Assembly: GCA_042563375.1 (NCBI GenBank)
Contig: JBHPMF010000004.1
Coordinates: 14,902 to 78,901 of the forward strand
From: Elusimicrobiota bacterium
GTDB lineage: Bacteria; Elusimicrobiota; Elusimicrobia; JACQPE01
Direction: 5' to 3'
Length of the DNA: 64,000 nucleotides
The translations under genes were made by a program, and so were the position numbers. Under the pieces are notes generated by a model that worked only from the letters and a program-made list of their open reading frames with translations, searched no databases and was not told the DNA's origin. This document shows, piece by piece, positions 51,795 through 61,366 of the stretch (position 1 is the stretch's first letter; the number at the start of each line of letters is the position of its first letter).

Positions 51795-53210
51795 TCATTT
51801 CTTTCTGGCAAGAGTGCCGTAAGGAGTATCTTCGATATGTACGGAATGTTCGCCTGTTAGAATGCTCCTTATCTCATCAGCGCGCTTAAAATCTTTTTTC
51901 TGCCTGCTTTGCTCACGCTCTTTTATCAGCTTGGATGCCTGAGCCGGCAAAGAAGGCTTGGCTAACTTGACTTTGAGGCCCAGCAGTTTATCCAATGCCC
52001 AAAGCATATCAGCTAACGCCTCTTTGGCTGTTTTGGGTTCGAGTTTTTTTGACTTAAAATCAGAAAATACCTTGCTTGACACTCCCTGCAAATAAGCGAT
52101 AGCCAATGGTGTGTGAAAATCCCGGCACAAATGCTCTAAAACCTCATTGCTTATTATCCCGGATTTTTGTGTTGCTGCCTTATTCCCGTTGACAAAGAAT
52201 AAAAGCCCTAAAGCCTCCTTGATCCTTGCGAATGCTTTTGAGTTCTCAATAATGCCCGTATCGCTGAAATCAAGAGGTCTTCTGTAATGCTCGGAAAGCA
52301 GGTAATACCTCACATCCATGGCATCGAACTGATCCAACACTTCAACAAGCTTGAAAAAATTACCAAGAGACTTTGACATTTTCTCGTCATTTATATTCAC
52401 AAATCCATTGTGCAGGAAATATTTAGTGAATGGCGGGCCATTAAGCGCCTCGCTTTGCGCTATCTCGTTCTCATGATGCGGGAATATCAGGTCTTGGCCT
52501 CCTCCGTGAATATCCAGATGAGGACCGATATGTTTCGTGCTCATTATAGAGCATTCAATATGCCAGCCGGGACGCCCGACCCCCCAAGGTGATTTCCAGG
52601 CAAGCTGTTTGGGCTTTCCATTCTCCAACTCTGTTTCCTGAGGAGTGGATTTCCATAAGGCGAAATCCAAAGGATCCTTCTTTAGATCAGACACCTCGAC
52701 CCTTGCTCCTGATAAAAGCTCTTCCGTGTTTCTTCTTGATAAACGGCCATAACCCGGAAAATTACGTACGCTGTAATACACATCCCCGTTGGATGCCACG
52801 TAAGCATGGTCATTATCAATAAGCTTCTTTACGCCTATGATGATCTCTTTTATGTGCTTGCTTACGCGCGGGTACTTATGAGCGCGAGTCACATTAAGCT
52901 TGCCCATAAGCGTGAAATACTCCTTGATATAGCCTGATGTAAGATAAAACGCAGAAACATTGAGTTCTTTTGACCTGTTTATTATCTTGTCATCAACATC
53001 AGTGAAATTTTGTACATGGATCACTTTGTAGCCGGCAGCTTCGAGCGTTCTCCTGGTAATATCAAAAACAACGTAACTCCTGGCATGTCCCAAATGAACA
53101 TGATCATACGGAGTGATTCCGCATACATAAAATCCCACTTTTTTGGGGTTGTACGGTTTAAAAAGCTCCAGATCATTTGAAAAAGTATTTGTTAAATAGA
53201 TCTCCATCAT
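51795..53210 (-). CDS. cysS: cysteine-tRNA ligase
   Basis: 471 aa. HIGH (HVHLGHARSY) and KMSKS motifs. Confidence 0.95.
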   Translation of the reverse strand: MMEIYLTNTFSNDLELFKPYNPKKVGFYVCGITPYDHVHLGHARSYVVFDITRRTLEAAGYKVIHVQNFTDVDDKIINRSKELNVSAFYLTSGYIKEYFTLMGKLNVTRAHKYPRVSKHIKEIIIGVKKLIDNDHAYVASNGDVYYSVRNFPGYGRLSRRNTEELLSGARVEVSDLKKDPLDFALWKSTPQETELENGKPKQLAWKSPWGVGRPGWHIECSIMSTKHIGPHLDIHGGGQDLIFPHHENEIAQSEALNGPPFTKYFLHNGFVNINDEKMSKSLGNFFKLVEVLDQFDAMDVRYYLLSEHYRRPLDFSDTGIIENSKAFARIKEALGLLFFVNGNKAATQKSGIISNEVLEHLCRDFHTPLAIAYLQGVSSKVFSDFKSKKLEPKTAKEALADMLWALDKLLGLKVKLAKPSLPAQASKLIKEREQSRQKKDFKRADEIRSILTGEHSVHIEDTPYGTLARKK

Positions 53211-53692
53211 TTTCGTTTACCCTCTGTCAACAGCGCTGTGGCCATGCATGATATGGCGCAATTCGCGAAAGGCTTGAGATTCTCGAATGTTTTAAATGTT
53301 ATCCCGACCTTATCCATGGTAGTGCCCAGCAGTTTGGCTAAAGCATATTGGATTTCTGCCCTATACGGGGCCATTTTTGGTTTTTCCAGAACAACCACTA
53401 TGGATGCTCCGCTGACTTTCAGCTTTCGTTTTTTAGCGTTATGCAGTGCGTATTTGAGTATCAGCGCTGAATTGATGTTCCTGGTCTGCGGTTTTCCCGG
53501 AGGAAAATACACGCCGATATCCGGCAAGCCCAAGGCGGAAAGAATAGCGTCTGATACCGCGTGAAGCATGATATCCCCGTCAGAATGCGCGTCCATCCTG
53601 AAACCAGAGGGTATTCTGACTCCTGATAACAGAAAAAAACCTTTTTTGGATTTTTTGAATCTATGGATATCGTAGCCAAGACCTATTCTCAT
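53207..53692 (-). CDS. ispF: 2-C-methyl-D-erythritol 2,4-cyclodiphosphate synthase
   Basis: 161 aa. MRIGLGYDIHRF...HSDGDIMLHAVSDAILSALGLPDIG. Confidence 0.95.
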   Translation of the reverse strand: MRIGLGYDIHRFKKSKKGFFLLSGVRIPSGFRMDAHSDGDIMLHAVSDAILSALGLPDIGVYFPPGKPQTRNINSALILKYALHNAKKRKLKVSGASIVVVLEKPKMAPYRAEIQYALAKLLGTTMDKVGITFKTFENLKPFANCAISCMATALLTEGKRK

Positions 53693-54373
53693 CTAGCTTC
53701 TGCCTTTTCTAAGGATTTTCGCGACTGCGAAATCTTCCGGGAATGTTATCTTGATATTGGTCGGACTTCCTTTAAACCCGACTGATTTTTTCCCGATTTT
53801 CTCCATAGCCTGCCCTTCATCAAGGACATTCACGCGTCCCGGGATCTTTTTTATGGCTTCCAGCAGATCCTTGACTTTTGAAAGCTGCGGTGTTTGAGCA
53901 AGGCACAATAATTCGCGCTTGGCAAAAGTTTTGAGCTTGCCATGGTTGAGTTTAACAGTATCCCGCAATGACACGACAGGAATAACAGTTGAGAATGTCG
54001 GTTTTGATTTAAGAAGAGTGAGCATTTTAGCGAGCCATGCCTGATTAAAGTTAGGCCTGGCCCCGTCATGCACGAATACAAAATCCGTGCCTGAACGGAT
54101 TTTTTTCATGGCATTACGAAGTGATTGCCATCTGGTATCGCCCCCTGCCACACATTCGACTGTTTTATGGATCCTGCCTATTAAACCCTTCTTCCTGTGC
54201 AGATACTCTTTTGGAAGAGTAATGACCACCTGGGAGAAAGAATGCTTTGCAATGGATTTTAAGCTCCAGAAAATAAGGGGCTTGCCGTGCATCTCAAAGA
54301 ATTGTTTTGGCTTAGACGCTCCAAAACGCGCGCCTTTGCCTGCAGCTAAAAGTATGAATGCGACTTTTTTCAT
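53693..54373 (-). CDS. ispD: 2-C-methyl-D-erythritol 4-phosphate cytidylyltransferase
   Basis: The ORF track begins at a TTG (54382); the ATG at 54373 gives MKKVAFILLAAGKGARFG. Adjacent to ispF. Confidence 0.9.
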   Translation of the reverse strand: MKKVAFILLAAGKGARFGASKPKQFFEMHGKPLIFWSLKSIAKHSFSQVVITLPKEYLHRKKGLIGRIHKTVECVAGGDTRWQSLRNAMKKIRSGTDFVFVHDGARPNFNQAWLAKMLTLLKSKPTFSTVIPVVSLRDTVKLNHGKLKTFAKRELLCLAQTPQLSKVKDLLEAIKKIPGRVNVLDEGQAMEKIGKKSVGFKGSPTNIKITFPEDFAVAKILRKGRS

Positions 54374-54385
54374 AAAACTCAATAC

Positions 54386-54456
54386 GTTACAGCGTTATTG
54401 AGTTATTGCGCTATTGCGTTAAGGTGGATGTTCCTTGAACCCTATAACGCTGTAAC
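54386..54456. repeat. 13-bp inverted repeat pair (yacL-ispD intergenic)
   Basis: GTTACAGCGTTAT (54386-54398) and ATAACGCTGTAAC (54444-54456), with TTATTG/CTATTG short repeats between them. Confidence 0.8.
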
Positions 54457-54476
54457 CCTATAACGTAATAACTGTT

Positions 54477-55466
54477 CTAGTGGCCTTTTGTTCTGGCGAA
54501 CACCATCTTTCCGGCGGAAGTCTGGAGTATTGAAGTCACTGTTGTTTCAGCCCGTTTCCCTATCAATGATCTTCCCCCTTCAACAACCACCATGGTTCCA
54601 TCGTCAAGATAGCCCACGCCCTGGTCCCGCTCTTTGCCGTCCTTTACCAGATATATGATCAATGGCTCGCCCGGCAACACAACCGCTTTAAGGGCTTGCG
54701 CCAGATCATTGACATTTAAAACTTCCACTTTCTGTATATTGGACACCTTAAAGAGATTAAAGTCCGTGGTGATGACCCTGGCTTTCAAGTCCTTTGCAAG
54801 CTCCAATAATTTTTGATCCACACCCTTGAATTTCGGGTAATCATTATCAAGGATTTTTATGGGAAGATAAGCATCCTCCTGGATCCTGCTGACCACATCA
54901 AGCCCTCTTCTTCCGCGGTTCCTCTTGGATCCGTCAGAATCATCAGAAAGTCTTTGCAGTTCATCAAGCACAAAACGCGGAACGATCAATGTGCCGGATT
55001 GCAGGAATTTTGTTTTAAGGATATCAGCCAATCTGCCGTCTATCAAGGCTGAGGTGTCAAGCACATAAAGGCTTTCACCGCGTTTGCTTGACCATGAACC
55101 CAGCAGTTTATCATCAACCGAATCGAGCTCCGGGAATTTCTTGATCACAAGCACCAGGCCCAGGTAAGCAAGCAGTATTTTTATCAATAATGAGAAGCTT
55201 TCCCAGAATTCCATTACCGTTGGATGACCGAGCTGTCCCACTACAAAATCAAGCAGTCTGCCTCCGATAATGCCGAGTACCGCGCCCAAAAGCCCGAGTA
55301 CGATCTGAGCCAGCGGCACCTGGCTTAAGCTGATCTCAGCTCCCAAGACGATAAGGCTCACGACCAAACCGATCAATACCCCTTGCCACTGCGGCATAAA
55401 CTGGAAATACCCGATCATCGGCCCCATAACGATCACAAGCAGTCTAAAAACCCATATCAATATCAT
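54477..55466 (-). CDS. yacL: PIN/TRAM-domain membrane protein (YacL-like)
   Basis: 329 aa. 4 N-terminal TM helices, a PIN domain (LYVLDTSALIDGR) and a C-terminal TRAM-like beta domain. The radA-yacL-ispD order matches Bacillus. Confidence 0.8.
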   Translation of the reverse strand: MILIWVFRLLVIVMGPMIGYFQFMPQWQGVLIGLVVSLIVLGAEISLSQVPLAQIVLGLLGAVLGIIGGRLLDFVVGQLGHPTVMEFWESFSLLIKILLAYLGLVLVIKKFPELDSVDDKLLGSWSSKRGESLYVLDTSALIDGRLADILKTKFLQSGTLIVPRFVLDELQRLSDDSDGSKRNRGRRGLDVVSRIQEDAYLPIKILDNDYPKFKGVDQKLLELAKDLKARVITTDFNLFKVSNIQKVEVLNVNDLAQALKAVVLPGEPLIIYLVKDGKERDQGVGYLDDGTMVVVEGGRSLIGKRAETTVTSILQTSAGKMVFARTKGH

Positions 55467-56827
55467 AAAACCTCCTTTAAAAAATCATCAATAGAATTTA
55501 TTTTTGATGTTGGGTGAAAAATCTTATTGAATCCCAGGTCTTTTGCCTGCCTGACCCTCGTCTGAAGATCTTTGGGCGCGAGAATATCGCCTGATAAAGA
55601 AAGCTCTCCTAAAAACACAGCATCCGTTGGCAACGGCTTTTCCTTGAGGCTTGATGCCAGACTGGCGGCTAGGCTTAGATCGATTCCGGGGTCCCTGACT
55701 TTAATTCCTCCGATCAATGAGGTGAATATATCCGTTGTCTCAAGGTTGACGCTGAATGTTTTCTCCAGAACAGCGAGTATCATCTCAACCCTGTTTCTAT
55801 CCATTCCAAGGCAGGCTCTTTTGCCCAAACTCATTTTTTTCTTACCTGATAATGCCTCGACCTGCACTAAGAATGCCTGCCCCCCTTCAAGAGCTATCGA
55901 ATTAGCCAAACCTATCCTGGCATTCTCCTTTGTAAGCCTGTCTCTCCATTCCTTTGATATAAAAGTCGCTGAAGGATCCGCCACTTCGGAAAGACCGGCA
56001 GACGTCATTGAGAACACGCAAAGACCGTTTGAAGAACCGAATCTGTTTTTGATAGCGCGCACGATCCTGTATTCCTCAAGCCGCGGTTTTGACATCTCCA
56101 CTACGACATCCACCATATGCTCCAGATGTTTGGGTCCGGCGATCATGCCCTGTTTTGTCACATGACCCAGAAGCAGGACTATGATCTTCAACTCCTTTGC
56201 GATACGCAGCAGTTCGAATGTCACGGACCTTAAAAGCGTGGGAGAACCCATTGAATAAGGCAGCGTAGAGCTTGTGATAGTCTGTACTGAATCAATGATC
56301 ATGATGTTGGGTGTCTTCTCCCTGGCCTGCGCTACGATCTGCTCGATAGTCAAAGATGATGCCAGCTTGAAATTGCCGGAATTTTGCATTCCAATGCGCT
56401 TTAAGCGTGCGCCGAGCTGGGATACTTCCTCTTCTCCGCTTATATAAATGCCTGACTCACCTCTTGATGCGAATGAAACAGCTATGTGGGACGCAAGCGT
56501 TGACTTACCTACGCCCGGCGGCCCTCCCAAAAGCATGAGAGAACCATCAAGCAGTCCTGCGCCTAATACCTTATCCAGCAGTTTAAATCCCGTGGACCTT
56601 CGTTTAAGAGCAAAATCCTTATTATCAAGGTCTCCAATGACCTCTTTCGCGCTGACTAATACTGCTGCCTGGGGCCTTGCTTCCATCCTTTTTAATGATG
56701 AGCGCTGCTCAACAGACTCGGATTCCTCATAACTCGCCCAGGCAAAGCAAGACGGACATTGGCCGAGCCACTTCATTGACTCATGTCCGCATTCTTTACA
56801 GCGATATATAATCCTGGTTTTAATCAT
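55463..56827 (-). CDS. radA: DNA repair protein RadA/Sms
   Basis: 454 aa. Zn finger YRCKECGHESMKWLGQCPSC, Walker A GGPPGVGKST, KNRFG motif, Lon-like C-terminus. Confidence 0.95.
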   Translation of the reverse strand: MIKTRIIYRCKECGHESMKWLGQCPSCFAWASYEESESVEQRSSLKRMEARPQAAVLVSAKEVIGDLDNKDFALKRRSTGFKLLDKVLGAGLLDGSLMLLGGPPGVGKSTLASHIAVSFASRGESGIYISGEEEVSQLGARLKRIGMQNSGNFKLASSLTIEQIVAQAREKTPNIMIIDSVQTITSSTLPYSMGSPTLLRSVTFELLRIAKELKIIVLLLGHVTKQGMIAGPKHLEHMVDVVVEMSKPRLEEYRIVRAIKNRFGSSNGLCVFSMTSAGLSEVADPSATFISKEWRDRLTKENARIGLANSIALEGGQAFLVQVEALSGKKKMSLGKRACLGMDRNRVEMILAVLEKTFSVNLETTDIFTSLIGGIKVRDPGIDLSLAASLASSLKEKPLPTDAVFLGELSLSGDILAPKDLQTRVRQAKDLGFNKIFHPTSKINSIDDFLKEVL

Positions 56828-56888
56828 ATGTCAATCAAAATCCCGTGTTATAAACTCCAGTCACTAATTTTACTTTCATATAAGTCGA

Positions 56889-58097
56889 TTAATCCGTATA
56901 AAATCTCGGTGTGCGCGTCCCGCCAAGACGCGACATTACTTCGTAAACAGATCCCCTGTTCGCCCACCTGGCCCAATCCCTGGGATGAACCACGCTATCG
57001 CCATCCCTGCCGATGACTGTGACGATATCACCCACTTTTGCGGATGAGATATCAGTTACATCGATCATGATCATATCCATGGAAATAAGGCCGCACACAG
57101 GCACTTTTTTCCCTTTCAGCAGCACAAAGCACTTGTTTGAGGCTGAAATGAAAAGTCCGTCTCCATAACCCACGGGAAGCGTGGCTACCATTGACTCCCT
57201 GCTCGTGACAAAAGTGTTCCTGTAGCCGATCGAAGTCCCTGAAGGTACTTTTTTCAAGAATACTATCTTCGTCTTGAGCCTGGCTATCGGCTCGAATGGA
57301 TCCATCCCCCCGTAAAGCGCTATGCCTGAACGAACCATATCCATATGCGTTTCAGGGTAACGTAAAGTCGCTGTTGAATTCGCACAATGCAGCATCACGG
57401 CATTATCCAGCCCGTTCTTCCTCAAAGGCTCAATGCCTTTTTTGAATTCTTCAAGCTGATTTTTCGTGAGAACAATATCTCTTGCTGTGGCAAAGTGTGT
57501 ATAAACCCCGCCTATTGAGACTTTTGGGATCCTTTTTACAACAGGCACTATCGTTGATAAAGCGTGCGGTTTTGCTCCTATCCTGTTCATACCTGTTTCC
57601 ATCTTTAGGTGGACCGAGAGCTTCCCGTGCTGCCCATTGCTTGCCATGAATCTCTCCAGCTCTTTCACGGCAGCCAATGAAGAGATCGTAGGCGTTAGTT
57701 TCCATTTAAAGCACGCTTTAAAAGCGGGTTCGAATGGATACAAGCTCGATAAGATGAGAATATCGCCTTTGATGCCGGATTCCCTTAATACGATACCTTC
57801 CTCGATACTGCTTACCCCGAAAAAAGACACTCCTTTTTTTTCAAGACACTTGGCGATCCGCACGGAACCATGTCCATAAGCCTGCGCCTTGACCACTGCC
57901 AATACCCGGGTTTTGCTGGACTTAAAAAGATTCTTTAGTTTGGTCAGGTTGCGCGCAAGCGCCTTGAGGTCGATCTCGATCCATGTCGGCCTGTATACGC
58001 AAGATGAAGAATCCGTGGAATTAAAAACTTCATGGCTCGCGCGCAGATCGATGGATTTCTTTGCTGCGCGCGTTAGACTCGGCGCTGATTTATTCAA
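56889..58097 (-). CDS. alr: alanine racemase
   Basis: RPTWIEIDLKALARNL..., PLP lysine in AVVKAQAYGHG, ...ISMDMIMIDVT. The longest ORF (ATG 58208) would overlap dnaB by 119 nt. The TTG at 58097 overlaps the dnaB stop by only 8 nt, so it is preferred, but the start remains uncertain. Confidence 0.85.
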   Translation of the reverse strand: MNKSAPSLTRAAKKSIDLRASHEVFNSTDSSSCVYRPTWIEIDLKALARNLTKLKNLFKSSKTRVLAVVKAQAYGHGSVRIAKCLEKKGVSFFGVSSIEEGIVLRESGIKGDILILSSLYPFEPAFKACFKWKLTPTISSLAAVKELERFMASNGQHGKLSVHLKMETGMNRIGAKPHALSTIVPVVKRIPKVSIGGVYTHFATARDIVLTKNQLEEFKKGIEPLRKNGLDNAVMLHCANSTATLRYPETHMDMVRSGIALYGGMDPFEPIARLKTKIVFLKKVPSGTSIGYRNTFVTSRESMVATLPVGYGDGLFISASNKCFVLLKGKKVPVCGLISMDMIMIDVTDISSAKVGDIVTVIGRDGDSVVHPRDWARWANRGSVYEVMSRLGGTRTPRFYTD

Positions 58098-59556
58098 AAG
58101 TAGTGCTGTCCTCCATTGAGGAATTATCAGAATCGCTGCGGTAAGATATATCGTCAAAACGGGTGAATTCCTTGGTAAACGCCAAATGCACGGTTCCTTG
58201 CGGGCCATTGCGCTGCTTGCCGATTATTATCTCAGCTTTGCCATGGCATTTGGGATCATCGGGCTTGTAATATTCTTCACGATACACGAACATCACAAGA
58301 TCCGCGTCTTGTTCCAAGCTTCCGCTTTCTCGCAGATCCGAGAGCTGGGGCCTGCCTTCTCTGCCCTTTTCCTCTGTCCTGCGTGAGAGCTGGGAAACAG
58401 CCACCATCGGCACATCAAGATCCTTGGCCAGCGCTTTAAGACTCCTGGATATCTCAGCTACTTCAAGATGCCTGCTTTCGCGTCTTTCAAGCGGACGCAA
58501 CAGCTGAAGGTAATCAACTATGATAAGTCCGAGTTCTTTTCCCTCCTTCCTCAACTTACTCTTAAGCCTTCTTGATTGAGAGCGTACCTCCAATGGAGTG
58601 ATCGTCCGGGAATCATTGAAAAATATATCCGCGGAATCAAGGTACTTGCTTGCGGCATTAGTCAGATCCACTATGCGGTCTTTCTCTAAAAAACCTTTAC
58701 GAACAAGCTGGGAATTAGCCCTGGCTTCATAACACAATAAACGCAAGAACAGGGCTTTTGCTTCCATTTCCAGGGAAAAAATAGCCACAGCCTGGCCTAG
58801 CTTGTTTGCCACATGAGCGGCGATATTGAGAACAAAAGCTGTTTTACCCTGACCCGGCCGCCCGGCTACAATGATAAAATCCGATTTCTGAAACCCTGAT
58901 GTCAATTCATCAAGTTTTTTAAAACCTGTCGCGACTCCTGTGACATGGGACTTTCGCTTTCGCAATGTTTCCAGGCTCTCCATCACAGGAGTTACAAGCT
59001 CTTTTGATGAAATAAAGCCTGATATCGAGCGATCTTCCGAAAGAGCGAATATCTTTTGCTCAGCGCGATCCAGTACTGAGCGCGCTCCGCCGTCATAGCC
59101 GAAAGTCGTATCACTACTTTTCCTGGAATCTTCCTTATGGCATTCCTCTGAGATCTCTACTGTCACGCGTAAGAGCTCTCTTAAAACCGCGGATTCCCTG
59201 ACAATACGCGCGTATTCCTCTATATGCGCTGAAGAGCCGACTTTGTCTACAAGGCTTGCAAGATACGCCTCGGCCCCTGCTCCCTGATAGAGAGCGTCCC
59301 CTTTAAGCTCACTGTGCACGGTTGTGAGATCAACAGCTCTTCCATCTAAAAAGCGGCGAACGATTACGGAGAATATTCGGCAATTCACATCCTCATAAAA
59401 ATCCTTTTCCGTGACAACACCCTCTATTTTGACCATGCCTTCGCTGTCAAGAAGCAGGGATCCAAGCAATGCTTTTTCCGCTTCAGCTGCATGCGGAGGA
59501 CCCTGGCGCGCAGGGCTTTTGTGGCTGTTTTTTGAATAGGTTTGCGATTGCATCAT
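58090..59556 (-). CDS. dnaB: replicative DNA helicase
   Basis: 488 aa. PPHAAEAEKALLGSLLLD, Walker A AGRPGQGKTAF, IIVDYLQLL, SQLSRR..E. No intein. Confidence 0.95.
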   Translation of the reverse strand: MMQSQTYSKNSHKSPARQGPPHAAEAEKALLGSLLLDSEGMVKIEGVVTEKDFYEDVNCRIFSVIVRRFLDGRAVDLTTVHSELKGDALYQGAGAEAYLASLVDKVGSSAHIEEYARIVRESAVLRELLRVTVEISEECHKEDSRKSSDTTFGYDGGARSVLDRAEQKIFALSEDRSISGFISSKELVTPVMESLETLRKRKSHVTGVATGFKKLDELTSGFQKSDFIIVAGRPGQGKTAFVLNIAAHVANKLGQAVAIFSLEMEAKALFLRLLCYEARANSQLVRKGFLEKDRIVDLTNAASKYLDSADIFFNDSRTITPLEVRSQSRRLKSKLRKEGKELGLIIVDYLQLLRPLERRESRHLEVAEISRSLKALAKDLDVPMVAVSQLSRRTEEKGREGRPQLSDLRESGSLEQDADLVMFVYREEYYKPDDPKCHGKAEIIIGKQRNGPQGTVHLAFTKEFTRFDDISYRSDSDNSSMEDSTTFE

Positions 59557-59618
59557 TGGATCATCCTTTGCTTTTTATTGATTGAGGTTAGGGGGCAACG
59601 AATCGCCCTGTTCTGGTT

Positions 59619-60077
59619 TTAGGAAGAAACGGTTGATTTGGTAACTGCTATTTGCAAAGACGCAGAAACACCCGGGCGAAACTGTAATTCCACTTTAAAT
59701 TCCCCTATCTTCTTCAGGGGTTCTTCGAGAACCACATGCGCACCCTTAGGCAAAACAATACCTTGTTTTTTTAAATTTTTAAGGATCTGGCCTATGCCTA
59801 TGGAACCGTACAAATTTTCATTTACATCCACTAGAACCGGAAACTCCACCTTCAATTTCTCAATATTGGTTTTCAGCTTATTGATCTTCTCAAGCTCTTT
59901 ATCAAGCTTGGCCTGGCGATTGGACTCCTGCGCTTCAAATGTTTTTCTGACTCCTTCACAATATTTCAAAGCCAGACCGCGCGGAATAAGATAATTACGG
60001 CCATATCCGGCTTTGACTTTCTTTACTTCGCCGACTTTACCGAGCTTATTAACGTCTTTAGTTAAGATTATCTGCAT
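59619..60077 (-). CDS. rplI: 50S ribosomal protein L9
   Basis: The internal ATG at 60077 gives MQIILTKDVNKLGKVGEVKKVKAGYGRNYLIPRGLA, a canonical L9 N-terminus. This start overlaps the rpsR stop (TAATG). Confidence 0.9.
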   Translation of the reverse strand: MQIILTKDVNKLGKVGEVKKVKAGYGRNYLIPRGLALKYCEGVRKTFEAQESNRQAKLDKELEKINKLKTNIEKLKVEFPVLVDVNENLYGSIGIGQILKNLKKQGIVLPKGAHVVLEEPLKKIGEFKVELQFRPGVSASLQIAVTKSTVSS

Positions 60078-60460
60078 TACATCATCCTGTATGGAAGAAG
60101 CGCCATTGAACGGGCGCGTTTTACGGCGTTCGTGACTTTTCTCTGATGATACGCGCAAACCCCGGTCACCCTTGAGCTGACCATTCTGCCTCTTCCCGTT
60201 ATAAAACCTCTTAGAAGCGAGATGTCCTTGTAGTCTATAAAATCAACCCTGTCTATACAGAATTTACACGCCTTTCTTGCGTAAAAGTCTCTGCCGCCTC
60301 TGCGCCTGGCGCCAAAACCGCCTCCTTGCGGGCGTCTGTCATGGCCATGCGAGTGCGGTCTGTCCATTGGGGGTCTTCTTTCCCCGGAAGGCGCTGCTGT
60401 GGGCCTTGTATGCGAAGGAGGATTAGCGCTTGTTGCTTGAGCTGGGGTGTTGCTTTCCAT
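60077..60460 (-). CDS. rpsR: 30S ribosomal protein S18 (with a long Pro/Arg/Gly/His-rich N-terminal extension)
   Basis: 127 aa. The C-terminal 75 aa (ARKACKFCIDRVDFIDYKDISLLRGFITGRGRMVSSRVTGVCAYHQRKVTNAVKRARSMALLPY) are canonical S18. A start at the internal Met32 is possible. Confidence 0.85.
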   Translation of the reverse strand: MESNTPAQATSANPPSHTRPTAAPSGERRPPMDRPHSHGHDRRPQGGGFGARRRGGRDFYARKACKFCIDRVDFIDYKDISLLRGFITGRGRMVSSRVTGVCAYHQRKVTNAVKRARSMALLPYRMM

Positions 60461-60461
60461 A

Positions 60462-60938
60462 TTATATGGCTATGCTAGCCATTTCCTCATCTTTTCCCTC
60501 AACATAATCAGGATACTTTGGGAAATTCTGCGGTTTTTGAGTGTCCATGTTATCCATTCCCCCGCTTGGAGGCTGACTATCCATGCTGGTTCCCGTCTTC
60601 TCGAGTATCTGGACGCGACGAGCTGAAATCTCCATTGCGGATCTCTTTGTTCCGTCAGTTGCTTCCCACTGCCTGCTTCGCAAGCTGCCTTCCACTAAAA
60701 CAGCCATGCCCTTTTTCATGCGATCCTTGGCGCGCTGGGCAGCTTCATTCCACAAAGAGACATCGATATAGGTGACATCCTTCTGCCATTCTCCGGAAGC
60801 ATCACGATAATTACGGTCTGAGGCGATCCTCAGTTTTGCCACGACCTTGCCCTGGGGAGTAGTCCTGACATCAGGATCACGGGTTAATCTTCCAGAAATA
60901 AAAACAACGTTTAAATTAGGCAGCTTTAGGTTGCTCAT
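60462..60938 (-). CDS. ssb: single-stranded DNA-binding protein
   Basis: 158 aa. OB fold: LNVVFISGRLTRDPDVRTTPQGKVVAKLRIA...YIDVSLWNEAAQRA. Lies between rpsF and rpsR. Confidence 0.9.
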   Translation of the reverse strand: MSNLKLPNLNVVFISGRLTRDPDVRTTPQGKVVAKLRIASDRNYRDASGEWQKDVTYIDVSLWNEAAQRAKDRMKKGMAVLVEGSLRSRQWEATDGTKRSAMEISARRVQILEKTGTSMDSQPPSGGMDNMDTQKPQNFPKYPDYVEGKDEEMASIAI

Positions 60939-61236
60939 TTTTCCTCCTTCTTAGATCAACAACAGTGGTCAATTCCCTGAGGATAGGCGATTCGATCTTC
61001 AGGGCTTTGGTGTACTCACTGAGTTTTGCCGTTGGCAGCTCGACTTCTAATACAACGAGATTTGCCATGGTTTTTTTCTTCACAGGATAAGCCAACTTGC
61101 GTCGTCCCAACACTGTGTCTTTGATGAGTTTCCCGCCATAATTAGAGATTCTCTTTTCCCAGCGCGAAACCCAATCTTTTATTTCTTCTTCGCTTAATAC
61201 CGGATCGGTTAATACTAGTGTTTCATATACAGACAT
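60916..61236 (-). CDS. rpsF: 30S ribosomal protein S6
   Basis: The internal ATG at 61236 gives MSVYETLVLTDPVLSEEEIKDWV..., a canonical S6 N-terminus. The 19 aa upstream in the ORF track are repeat-encoded. Confidence 0.85.
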   Translation of the reverse strand: MSVYETLVLTDPVLSEEEIKDWVSRWEKRISNYGGKLIKDTVLGRRKLAYPVKKKTMANLVVLEVELPTAKLSEYTKALKIESPILRELTTVVDLRRRKNEQPKAA

Positions 61237-61242
61237 GTGAAA

Positions 61243-61251
61243 ATTATACCA
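61243..61251 (-). promoter_or_regulatory. extended -10 element (TGgTATAAT) 6 nt upstream of the rpsF ATG
   Basis: The minus strand reads GTGTGGTATAATTTTCAC-ATG. There is no SD between it and the S6 start. Confidence 0.4.
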
Positions 61252-61259
61252 CACAATGC

Positions 61260-61287
61260 GACGTAAGACGTAAGATGCGAGACGTGA
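61260..61287. repeat. four tandem heptamers upstream of rpsF
   Basis: GACGTAA GACGTAA GATGCGA GACGTGA (plus strand). Confidence 0.8.
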
Positions 61288-61366
61288 AAACACGAAAAAA
61301 TCGATTTTTCCTCATTTTCCGCCGTAAATCCCCGCGTTTCGTCCTTTTTGCGATACCTCCTTATCT

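Noticed and set aside
5852-56165. Many long plus-strand ORFs, for example 5852-6307, 6922-7479, 10711-11259, 16433-16921, 22125-22637, 23829-24401, 38896-39387, 45479-45871 and 55572-56165.
   Set aside because: Each lies antisense to a minus-strand gene whose product has clear, full-length family motifs. Their translations are low-complexity or Ser/Leu/Pro-rich, with no motifs and no SD. They are shadow ORFs.
58098-58208. The N-terminal extension of the alr ORF (ATG 58208), and similar extensions of rplI (to 60158), rpsF (to 61293), ispD (to 54382), cupin (to 30742) and the small secreted protein (to 28760).
   Set aside because: The extensions overlap upstream genes or repeats and precede canonical family N-termini. 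Those N-termini have better start contexts: an SD, or stop/start coupling.
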